Positions 16,726 through 25,184 of a stretch of 41,028 nucleotides of DNA are shown here, one piece after another. Each line of letters begins with the position of its first letter. Within the stretch, counting starts at the first letter, position 1. Below the pieces are notes generated by a model, which worked only from the letters and a program-made list of their open reading frames with translations, did no database searches and was not told the origin of the DNA. The stretch is from a virus (Duplodnaviria > Heunggongvirae > Uroviricota > Caudoviricetes). The DNA lies in the IMG/VR virus record IMGVR_UViG_2660238524_000006. One strand, given 5' to 3'. The translations under genes were made by a program, and so were the position numbers.

Positions 16726-17208
16726 ATGTCTGGACCCCCGAAAACCCCGCCACGCCTGCATTTGATACGAGGCAACCCCTCAAAGCGGCCAGTTAAAGAC
16801 CTCAAAAAAACCGCTAAAAAGGATGAAAAAGGTCTCCCTAAAATTCCGCAACATTTAGGGGCGCAGGGGAAGTACTGGTTCAGGCGAATGGCGGAAGAGC
16901 TGAATGCGGAAGGGATCATTTCTCAGCTTGATGCGCGTGCGCTTGAGCTACTGGTGGAAGCCTATACCGAATACCGGCATCACTGCGAAACACTCGATGT
17001 TGAGGGGTACACCTACCGCTCGAAAACGCAGAACGGTGATGTGCTGATTAAGGCACACCCGGCTGCTGCGATGAAAGCGGATGCCTGGAAGCGGATCCGG
17101 GCGATGCTTGCAGAATTTGGTATGTCACCGGCAAGCCGGGCAAAAGTAAATACCGCCGGACCGGATAATGTTGATCCGCTGGCAGAGCTTTTAAAAGCGA
17201 GAGACTGA
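16726..17208 (+). CDS. terminase small subunit
   Basis: 160-aa ORF immediately upstream of and overlapping the terminase large subunit. Confidence 0.7.
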   Translation: MSGPPKTPPRLHLIRGNPSKRPVKDLKKTAKKDEKGLPKIPQHLGAQGKYWFRRMAEELNAEGIISQLDARALELLVEAYTEYRHHCETLDVEGYTYRSKTQNGDVLIKAHPAAAMKADAWKRIRAMLAEFGMSPASRAKVNTAGPDNVDPLAELLKARD

Positions 17209-18965
17209 TGGCAAAAGTGGCTGACGGGATCCGCTACGCCGAACGTGTTGTTGCAGGAGAAATTGTTGCTGGCGAATTTGTCCGCCTGGCCTGCCAGCGT
17301 TTTCTTGATGATCTGAAGTACGGCGAAAAGCGGGGGATTTATTTCAGTGAACCCCGTGCGCAGCACATCCTGAATTTCTACAAATTTGTGCCTCATGTAA
17401 AAGGGGCACTGGCAGGCCAGCCCATTGAGTTGATGGACTGGCATGTATTTATCCTCATTAATATTTTTGGTTTTGTCATTCCGCTGGTCAATGAAGAAAC
17501 CGGGGAAGTTGTCATGCGCAGCGATGGCAGCGGACGTCCGGTGATGGTGCGCCGGTTCCGGACGGCGTACAACGAAGTCGCCCGTAAAAACGCAAAATCA
17601 ACCCTGTCATCGGGTATCGGCCTGTATATGACGGGGGCAGATAGTGAAGGCGGAGCTGAGGTGTATTCAGCCGCAACCACGCGTGACCAGGCCAGAATCG
17701 TGTTTGAAGACGCCAAAAATATGGTCAGAAAAGCCCGGTCGACACTCGGGCGGTTGTTTGATTTCAACAAGCTGGCGATTTACCAGGAGCAGAGCGCATC
17801 AAAATTTGAACCGCTTTCCTCGGATGCAAACAACCTGGACGGTCTGAACATCCACTGCGCCATTATTGATGAGCTGCATGCACATAAAACCCGCGACGTG
17901 TGGGACGTTCTGGAAACGGCAACCGGTGCCCGTCTGCAGTCCCTGTTATTTGGTATCACCACGGCTGGCTTTAACAAGGAAGGGATTTGTTACGAGCAGC
18001 GTGATTACGCCATCAAGGTATTGCGAGGCTATAACAGCGACGTGGAGGGCGCTGTAAAAGACGACTCTTACTTTGCGATCATTTACACGCTTGATGAGGG
18101 AGATGATCCGTTTGATGAAACGGTCTGGCAGAAAGCGAATCCTGGCCTGGGCATCTGTAAACGCTGGGATGATCTGCGTCGTCTGGCGAAAAAAGCGAAG
18201 GAGCAGGTCTCTGCGCGGGTGAATTTTTTTACCAAACACATGAATGTGTGGGTCACTGCCGAATCTGCCTGGATGGATATGATTAAGTGGGAGAAGTGCG
18301 AATACATTGCTCCACAACATGAGCTGAAAACATATCCCATGTGGGTCGGCGTCGACCTTGCTCATAAGATTGATATCTGTGCGGCGGCAAAACTCTGGCG
18401 AACCGATAACGGACATGTTCATGCTGATTTTAAATTCTGGCTTCCGGAAGGACGGCTGGAACGATGCTCGCGGCAGCAGGCAGAACTTTACCGGAAGTGG
18501 GCGGAGATGGATAAGCTCATCCTGACGGATGGTGATGTTATCGATCATGCTCAGATAAAAAGTGACTTACTGGAATGGATTGGCGGTGAAAACCTCAGGG
18601 AACTGGGATTTGACCCGTGGAGCGCAATGCAGTTCAGTCTGGCACTGGCTGAAGAAGGGATACCGCTGGTGGAGGTTCCGCAGACGGTCCGCAATCTGTC
18701 AGAGGCCATGAAGGAAACGGAATCACTGGTTTATGCCGGGCGTTTCCATCACAGCAATCATCCGGTCATGAACTGGATGATGTCTAACGTTACTGTAAAA
18801 CCGGACAAAAACGACAACATCTTCCCGAATAAATCCACGCCGGAAGCCAAAATCGACGGCCCTGTTGCGCTTTTTACAGCCATGAGCCGCTTTCTGGTAA
18901 ATGGCGGGGGCGTGAATGACTTTCTGTCCACGCTTGATCCTGATGAGGACCTGTTAATTCTGTGA
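17208..18965 (+). CDS. terminase large subunit
   Basis: 585 aa with ATPase and nuclease regions, followed by the portal gene. Confidence 0.9.
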   Translation: MAKVADGIRYAERVVAGEIVAGEFVRLACQRFLDDLKYGEKRGIYFSEPRAQHILNFYKFVPHVKGALAGQPIELMDWHVFILINIFGFVIPLVNEETGEVVMRSDGSGRPVMVRRFRTAYNEVARKNAKSTLSSGIGLYMTGADSEGGAEVYSAATTRDQARIVFEDAKNMVRKARSTLGRLFDFNKLAIYQEQSASKFEPLSSDANNLDGLNIHCAIIDELHAHKTRDVWDVLETATGARLQSLLFGITTAGFNKEGICYEQRDYAIKVLRGYNSDVEGAVKDDSYFAIIYTLDEGDDPFDETVWQKANPGLGICKRWDDLRRLAKKAKEQVSARVNFFTKHMNVWVTAESAWMDMIKWEKCEYIAPQHELKTYPMWVGVDLAHKIDICAAAKLWRTDNGHVHADFKFWLPEGRLERCSRQQAELYRKWAEMDKLILTDGDVIDHAQIKSDLLEWIGGENLRELGFDPWSAMQFSLALAEEGIPLVEVPQTVRNLSEAMKETESLVYAGRFHHSNHPVMNWMMSNVTVKPDKNDNIFPNKSTPEAKIDGPVALFTAMSRFLVNGGGVNDFLSTLDPDEDLLIL

Positions 18966-18982
18966 AACAGCTTATTACTGAT

Positions 18983-19123
18983 ATGACCGGGCTGATCGGT
19001 TTCGGTCTGCTCACTGCTGGCGTTTATCTGTATGCAGGTCTGCCAGCGTCTCTGATGCTGTCTGGCTGTTTGTTGCTGCTTTATGCACTGGTGGTGTCCA
19101 TGAGGAGAAAACATGCTTCTTGA
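18983..19123 (+). CDS. possible small membrane protein between terminase and portal (46 aa)
   Basis: MTGLIGFGLLTAGVYLYAGLPASLMLSGCLLLLYALVVSMRRKHAS; overlaps the portal start. Confidence 0.25.
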   Translation: MTGLIGFGLLTAGVYLYAGLPASLMLSGCLLLLYALVVSMRRKHAS

Positions 19124-20339
19124 TGCTCTGTTTCGCAGTGAGCCTCTGGAAAATCCCTCGGTTCCGGTAACCGGAGAGGCCGCAGAGACGGATAATATTT
19201 TTGCCCGGGATGTGTATGTCAGTCCGGAAACGTCCATGAGGCTGGCTGCTGTCTATGCCTGTATTTATGTTATTTCATCCAGTGTGGCTCAGATGCCCCT
19301 GCATGTGATGCGAAAAACGAATGAGCATGTTCAGCCGGCACGCGATCACCCGTTGTTCTGGCTCGTTCATGATGAACCGAATGCCTGGCAGACCAGCTAT
19401 AAGTGGCGGGAACTGAAGCAGCGTCATGTGCTGGGGTGGGGCAATGGTTATACGTGGGTGAAACGTAATCGTCGTGGCGAGGTTACCAGTCTTGAATGCT
19501 GTATGCCATGGGAAACCACGTTACTTAACACCGGAGGGCGTCATACCTACGGTGTGTATAACGAAGAGGGTGCATTTGCGGTAAGTCCGGACGACATGAT
19601 CCATATCAGGGCGCTGGGAAACAATCAGAAAATGGGACTGAGTCCGATCATGCAGCATGCTGAAACCATTGGTATGGGAATGAGTGGTCAGCAGTATACC
19701 AGTGCTTTTTTTAACGGTAATGCCCGTCCTGCCGGGATTATTTCTGTGAAAAATGAACTGAACGAACAGAGTTGGAGCAGGCTCAAGAATATGTGGCAGC
19801 GGGCGGTGACAGCGCTTCGCAGCCAGGAAAATAAAACCATGTTGCTGCCTGCGCAACTGGATTACCGCGCTCTGACAGTTTCTCCGGTGGATGCTCAGAT
19901 CATTGATATGACCAAGCTGAACCGGTCGATGATTGCCGGGATTTTTAATGTCCCGGCGCACATGATTAATGACCTGGAAAAAGCCACATTTTCGAATATT
20001 ACGCAGCAGGCGATTCAGTTTGTTCGCTACACGATGATGCCCTGGGTTGCGAACTGGGAGCAGGAGCTTAACCGTCGCCTGTTTACCCGTACAGAACGGG
20101 CTGCCGGGTATTACGTTCGTTTCAACCTCACGGGGTTGCTCCGTGGGACCCCACAGGAGCGTGCGCAGTTCTATCACTTTGCCATTACAGATGGCTGGAT
20201 GAGTCGGAATGAAGCCAGGGCATTTGAGGATATGAACCCGGTTGACGGTCTGGATGAAATGCTGGTCAGCGTAAATGCAGCAAATCCGTTGAATAACTTT
20301 AAAGATACGAAAGGCAAAGAGGAAAAGAACGATGAATGA
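19113..20339 (+). CDS. portal protein (HK97 family)
   Basis: 408 aa, between terminase and prohead protease. Confidence 0.85.
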   Translation: MLLDALFRSEPLENPSVPVTGEAAETDNIFARDVYVSPETSMRLAAVYACIYVISSSVAQMPLHVMRKTNEHVQPARDHPLFWLVHDEPNAWQTSYKWRELKQRHVLGWGNGYTWVKRNRRGEVTSLECCMPWETTLLNTGGRHTYGVYNEEGAFAVSPDDMIHIRALGNNQKMGLSPIMQHAETIGMGMSGQQYTSAFFNGNARPAGIISVKNELNEQSWSRLKNMWQRAVTALRSQENKTMLLPAQLDYRALTVSPVDAQIIDMTKLNRSMIAGIFNVPAHMINDLEKATFSNITQQAIQFVRYTMMPWVANWEQELNRRLFTRTERAAGYYVRFNLTGLLRGTPQERAQFYHFAITDGWMSRNEARAFEDMNPVDGLDEMLVSVNAANPLNNFKDTKGKEEKNDE

Positions 20340-20931
20340 CCGTGAAACGCGCTGTTACAGCGGGGAGGTGCGGGCGGAACAATATGATAATGCCCCGACC
20401 CACATTCTGGGCTATGGCTCGGTATTTAACAGTCGTTCAGAACCTCTGTGGGGATTTCGTGAAATCATCAAGCCGGGGGCTTTTGATGATGTACTGAATG
20501 ATGATGTACGTGGCTTGTTTAATCATGATCCTAATTTCATTCTCGGACGAAGTTCTGCCGGCACGTTGTCATTGTCGGTGGATGAACGCGGTTTACGTTA
20601 TGACATTGTTGCACCGGATACTCCGACTATTTGTGACCTGGTGCTATCTCCAATGTTGCGTGGTGACATTAATCAGTCCTCGTTCGCGTTTCGTGTCGCC
20701 CGTGACGGAGAGAGCTGGTATGAAGACGACGAGGGGATTGTTATCCGGGAAATCACGCGCATTTCTCGTCTGTATGACGTCAGCCCGGTGACATATCCGG
20801 CCTATCAGGACGCAGACTCTGGTGTCCGCTCAATGAAAGCCTGGCAGGAAGCGCGGGCGAGTGGTGCGCTGAAGAAAGCTGTTAACGAACGAATGGCGCG
20901 TGAGCGTCTTTTGACCCTTCTTAATGCATAA
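20332..20931 (+). CDS. prohead protease (HK97 family)
   Basis: 199 aa, between portal and capsid genes. Confidence 0.75.
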   Translation: MNDRETRCYSGEVRAEQYDNAPTHILGYGSVFNSRSEPLWGFREIIKPGAFDDVLNDDVRGLFNHDPNFILGRSSAGTLSLSVDERGLRYDIVAPDTPTICDLVLSPMLRGDINQSSFAFRVARDGESWYEDDEGIVIREITRISRLYDVSPVTYPAYQDADSGVRSMKAWQEARASGALKKAVNERMARERLLTLLNA

Positions 20932-20945
20932 GGATACTACTGACG

Positions 20946-22163
20946 ATGAAACTTCATGAGATGAAGCAAAAACGAAACACCATTGCAAAGGATATGCGTG
21001 CACTGCATGAAAAAATTGGTGATAACGCATGGACTGATGAGCAACGGGCAGAGTGGAACAGGGCGAAAGCTGAGCTGGATGCGCTGGATGAGCAAATCGC
21101 CCGTGAAGAAGAGTTGCGCCGTCAGGATCAGGCATATGTGGATGAGTCCGGGCCGGAAGAGCGCCAGAATAATGAGGCGGAGAACGGGAAAAAGGCGGTG
21201 GAAGAGAAGCGCGCTGCGGCATTTAACCGTTTTCTGCGTGCCGGATTTGCAGAACTGAATGCTGAAGAGCGTAATCTGATGCGTGAACTGCGGGCTCAGA
21301 GTGTAACAACGGATTCTCAGGGCGGATATACGGTGCCCACGCAGATGCGTAACAAAATCATTGACACCATGAAGGCTTATGGCGGGATTGCCAGTGTGGC
21401 GCAACTTCTGACCACATCAACCGGGCAGGATATCACCTGGTCAACGTCTGATGGCACGACTGAAGAGGGCGAACTGCTGGCGGAAAATACAGCCGCAACG
21501 GAACAGGATGTGACGTTCGGGACCGCTATTCTGGGGGCTAAAAAGCTGTCATCAAAAATAATTCGTGTGTCCAATGAGCTGCTCCAGGACAGTGGGGTGG
21601 ATATTGAATCTTATCTGGCAAACCGTATTGCCCAGCGTATTGGTCGTGGAGAGGCAAAATATCTGGTTCAGGGGACCGGAACGGGATCACCGTTACAGCC
21701 AAAAGGGCTGGCAGCGTCGGTGACGGGAACCATCCAGACTGTAGCCTCTGCCGCTTTCACCTGGAAAGAAATGAATGCCCTGAAACATGCCATTGATCCG
21801 GCATATCGTGGTGGGCCGAAATACCGCTGGGCATTCAATGATGCCACATTGCAGACTATTGAAGAGATGGAGGATGGACAGAAACGCCCGTTATGGCTGC
21901 CGGATATTGCAGGCGGTACGCCGGCTACTGTGCTGGGGATCCCTTATGTTATTGATCAGGCTATTGACGGGATTGGTACCGGAAAAAAATTCATTTTCCT
22001 GGGGGATTTCAACCGCTTTATCATTCGCCGCGTTACTTATATGGAACTGAAACGTCTGGTTGAGCGTTATGCTGAGTTTGATCAGGTGGCATTTCTGGCT
22101 TTCCATCGTTTTGACTGTGTGCTGGAAGATGTGGCAGCCATCAAGGCGCTCACTGGCAAATAA
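20946..22163 (+). CDS. major capsid protein (HK97 fold)
   Basis: 405 aa with a coiled-coil-like N-terminal delta region, followed by a strong terminator. Confidence 0.8.
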   Translation: MKLHEMKQKRNTIAKDMRALHEKIGDNAWTDEQRAEWNRAKAELDALDEQIAREEELRRQDQAYVDESGPEERQNNEAENGKKAVEEKRAAAFNRFLRAGFAELNAEERNLMRELRAQSVTTDSQGGYTVPTQMRNKIIDTMKAYGGIASVAQLLTTSTGQDITWSTSDGTTEEGELLAENTAATEQDVTFGTAILGAKKLSSKIIRVSNELLQDSGVDIESYLANRIAQRIGRGEAKYLVQGTGTGSPLQPKGLAASVTGTIQTVASAAFTWKEMNALKHAIDPAYRGGPKYRWAFNDATLQTIEEMEDGQKRPLWLPDIAGGTPATVLGIPYVIDQAIDGIGTGKKFIFLGDFNRFIIRRVTYMELKRLVERYAEFDQVAFLAFHRFDCVLEDVAAIKALTGK

Positions 22164-22184
22164 CCACTCGTTGTTCAGTTACAG

Positions 22185-22207
22185 ACCGCGCCGACGCGGT
22201 TTTTTTA
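22185..22207 (+). terminator. intrinsic terminator after the capsid gene
   Basis: ACCGCGCCGACGCGGT hairpin followed by TTTTTT. Confidence 0.55.
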
Positions 22208-22239
22208 TGCCCGCACAGTGTTGCGGGCAGGAGTTTCTG

Positions 22240-22557
22240 ATGGCAGCAATAGTGGAAAAACTCAGGGCGCAGTGCCGTATTGATACAGATGATGCAACTG
22301 ATGATGAGTTACTGATGCTGTATTTCCGGGCTGCCTGCCGCAAGGCAGAAAATTTTATCAACCGTAAGCTTTATGAGGAGACGGTGCCGGAAGGTGATCC
22401 TGAAGGGGTGCTTATAGCTGATGATGTTTTGCTGGCGCTCATGTTGCTGGTCGGGCACTGGTACGAAAACCGGGAAAATTCCTCAGATGTCAGCAAGGCA
22501 CCAGTCCCGTTTGGTTTTTCTTCTCTGCTGGAGCCTTATCGTTTTATTCCTTTGTAG
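22240..22557 (+). CDS. head-tail connector (gp6-like)
   Basis: Internal ATG of the 22060..22557 ORF, right after the terminator: MAAIVEKLRAQCRIDTDDATDDELLMLYF... Confidence 0.6.
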   Translation: MAAIVEKLRAQCRIDTDDATDDELLMLYFRAACRKAENFINRKLYEETVPEGDPEGVLIADDVLLALMLLVGHWYENRENSSDVSKAPVPFGFSSLLEPYRFIPL

Positions 22558-22565
22558 GAGGAGAC

Positions 22566-22904
22566 ATGCAGGCGGGCAGATTACGTGATCGCGTAATTAT
22601 TCTGAATGTCACCACCGCCCGCTCTCCGTCAGGGCATCCGGTGGAGACGGTGACGGAGGGAGCTACCGTATGGGCAGAAGTTAAGGGTATCAGCGGGAGG
22701 GAGATAATCTCAGGCGGAGCAGAAACCGCTCAGGCTACGGTCAGAGTCTGGATGAGATTCCGGCGCGATGTGACAGCGACTTCACGTCTGAAAGTGCTGA
22801 CCGGTGCATTTAAAGGGGCCATTCTGGGTATAGAAGGTCCACCAATACCGGATGCACGCGCTACCCGGCTTGAAATACTCTGCAGCCTGAAGGGGAATGT
22901 GTGA
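22566..22904 (+). CDS. head closure / head-tail joining protein
   Basis: Position and size in an HK97-type head-tail cluster. Confidence 0.55.
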   Translation: MQAGRLRDRVIILNVTTARSPSGHPVETVTEGATVWAEVKGISGREIISGGAETAQATVRVWMRFRRDVTATSRLKVLTGAFKGAILGIEGPPIPDARATRLEILCSLKGNV

Positions 22905-23350
22905 TGGATTTCAGTCTTGATTTTTCCGGCCTGGCGGATATTGCACGGGATTTGGAGACGCTCAGCAGGGCAGAAAACAATAAGGTTCTGCGCGATGCCA
23001 CCCGTGCCGGTGCTGAAGTTATGCGGGATGCAGTTGTTGAACGTGCGCCGGAGCGAACCGGGAAACTGAAGAAAAATGTGGTTGTTCTCACTCAGCGTTC
23101 AAAGCGTCGGGGGGAAATTATCTCGGGTGTCCACATTCGCGGACGGAACCTGCGAACCGGAAACAGTGATAACAGCATGAAAGCCAGCGATCCCCGAAAT
23201 GCATTTTACTGGCGCTTTGTGGAGCTGGGAACGATAAACATGCCCGCGCATCCATTCATTCGCCCGGCTTTCGATACGACAGAGGAACTGGCAGCACGGA
23301 TTGCCATACAGCGAATGAATCAGGCTATTGATGAGGTCTTAAGTAAATGA
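22901..23350 (+). CDS. HK97 gp10-like tail component
   Basis: Position and size. Confidence 0.5.
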   Translation: MMDFSLDFSGLADIARDLETLSRAENNKVLRDATRAGAEVMRDAVVERAPERTGKLKKNVVVLTQRSKRRGEIISGVHIRGRNLRTGNSDNSMKASDPRNAFYWRFVELGTINMPAHPFIRPAFDTTEELAARIAIQRMNQAIDEVLSK

Positions 23351-23691
23351 GAGAGGCCACACTGTATTCCCTGTTGTCTCAGCTGGCCGGAGGACAGGTT
23401 TATCCTTATGTGGTCCCACTGACGGAGGGAAAGCCTGCGGTATCTCCGCCGTGGCTGGTGTTTTCTGTGGTGTCTGACACGGCATCTGATGTGCTTGATG
23501 GGCAGGCTGAATCCAGAATTACCGTGCAGATCGATGTCTGGGCGACAGTACCTGATGACGCAGATAATATTCGTGAGCAGGCGCTTGATGCGGTAAGAAA
23601 ACTGGCACCCTCCGTTATTTCTAAAACGCAGGGTTATGATCCTGACTCCCGTCTGAGCAGAGCCACGCTTGAATTTCAGGTAATAGCCTGA
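23347..23691 (+). CDS. tail terminator-like protein
   Basis: Position directly before the major tail gene. Confidence 0.5.
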   Translation: MREATLYSLLSQLAGGQVYPYVVPLTEGKPAVSPPWLVFSVVSDTASDVLDGQAESRITVQIDVWATVPDDADNIREQALDAVRKLAPSVISKTQGYDPDSRLSRATLEFQVIA

Positions 23692-23751
23692 GGTCATTAA
23701 TGATTTTACCCACCCGCCGCTGGCGGGTTTTTTTATTTTCAGGAGACGAGT

Positions 23752-24456
23752 ATGTCCTCTAATTTTGAGCGTTCGCAACTGACGAAAATTATGATTTCGT
23801 CTGCACCGGTAACAGCAGAAACCCTGGATTCTGCCAGCTATCTTGGCCTGAGCTGTACAATCAAAGAGGTGCAGTTTACCGCAGGACAAAAGCAGGATAT
23901 TGATGTCACCACGCTGTGTTCTGTTGAGCAGGAAAATATTAACGGTCTTGGTGCCGCGTCAGAGATTTCCATGTCAGGCAACTTTTATCTGAATGCTGCC
24001 CAGAACGCGTTGCGCAGTGCCTATGACAATGACACCACGTATGGCTTTAAAGTTATTTTTCCGTCAGGCAACGGATTTACCTTTATGGCAGAGGTGCGTC
24101 AGCATACCTGGTCTGCAGGAACCAATGGTGTTGTGGCTGCAACGTTTTCCTTGCGCCTGAAAGGTAAACCTGTGCTGACGACAGAGCCGCTGAAAGTGAA
24201 GGCCGATTTAAAAAGCACGCTGCGGGTTGCTTCCGGAGCGAAACTTGAAATGGCGGTTGAGGCTGCGGGTGGTGTGCCGCCTTATTCTTATGTCTGGAAG
24301 AAAGGTGGTTCTCCTGTTTCCGGACAGACGGCGGCAACGTTCAGTAAGGCATCGGCAGTATCCGGTGATGCGGGTGCATATACCTGCGAGATTTCTGATT
24401 CAGCAAGCCCGGTTAACAAAGTGACCTCCACTTCCTGCACTGTAACCGTCAGTTAA
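23752..24456 (+). CDS. major tail protein with C-terminal Ig-like domain
   Basis: 234 aa; position before the G/T chaperone; C-terminal segment GVPPYSYVWKKGGSPVSGQ...AGAYTCEISD looks Ig-like. Confidence 0.7.
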   Translation: MSSNFERSQLTKIMISSAPVTAETLDSASYLGLSCTIKEVQFTAGQKQDIDVTTLCSVEQENINGLGAASEISMSGNFYLNAAQNALRSAYDNDTTYGFKVIFPSGNGFTFMAEVRQHTWSAGTNGVVAATFSLRLKGKPVLTTEPLKVKADLKSTLRVASGAKLEMAVEAAGGVPPYSYVWKKGGSPVSGQTAATFSKASAVSGDAGAYTCEISDSASPVNKVTSTSCTVTVS

Positions 24457-24842
24457 TGAGGATGGATGTGATGACTAAAAATATCCGTAATCTGGCACTG
24501 GCAACGATGTCGGGGTTTCGCCATAAAACCGTTGATGTGCCTGAATGGGAGGGAGCAACGGTTGTGTTACGGGAACCTTCTGCAGAAGCCTGGTTGCGCT
24601 GGCAGGAGATCGTTAAAGCAAAAGATGATGAGACACCGTTATCCGTTGCGGAGCGCGCCCGCCGAAATCTGGAGGCAGATGTTGAACTGTTCATTGATGT
24701 TCTGTGTGATACCGGACTGCAACCCGTATTTTCAGAGGATGATCGTGAACAGGTGATTGCCGTGTATGGCCCGGTGCATGCGCGGCTTCTTCGGCAGTCT
24801 CTGGAACTGATCAGTGATGCCGGCGAGGTTAAAAAAAAGTAG
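24456..24842 (+). CDS. tail assembly chaperone G
   Basis: Ends in GAG GTT AAA AAA AAG TAG; slippery heptamer A-AAA-AAG at 24833-24839. Confidence 0.65.
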   Translation: MRMDVMTKNIRNLALATMSGFRHKTVDVPEWEGATVVLREPSAEAWLRWQEIVKAKDDETPLSVAERARRNLEADVELFIDVLCDTGLQPVFSEDDREQVIAVYGPVHARLLRQSLELISDAGEVKKK

Positions 24843-24853
24843 CGCTTCCGGGG

Positions 24854-25144
24854 ATGCGTTTTCTGATGATGCTGGCGCTCAGGATGGGGCGCACATTGTC
24901 AGAGTTACGCCGGGAAATGTCCGCATCAGAAATCATGATGTGGGCAGAATTTGACAGGTTCAGCCCGCTGGGGGACGAACGGGCTGATATCCGGGCTGCC
25001 CAGATTGTTTCAGCTGTTTACGGTGCGCAGGGGGTCAAAGTGCCACTGAATGATGCGCTTCTTCAGTGGGAGAAGGAGCAGACAGAAGGCGTATCAGATC
25101 CATTTGCCGGACTGGAAAACGCGCTTTTAATAGTGTCTCAGTGA
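24854..25144 (+). CDS. tail assembly chaperone T region (expressed as a G-T fusion by -1 frameshift)
   Basis: ORF in the -1 frame relative to G, open from the slippery site. Confidence 0.6.
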   Translation: MRFLMMLALRMGRTLSELRREMSASEIMMWAEFDRFSPLGDERADIRAAQIVSAVYGAQGVKVPLNDALLQWEKEQTEGVSDPFAGLENALLIVSQ

Positions 25145-25184
25145 GTCAACATAACCGCTTCGGCGGTTTTTTTTCGTCCGGAGA

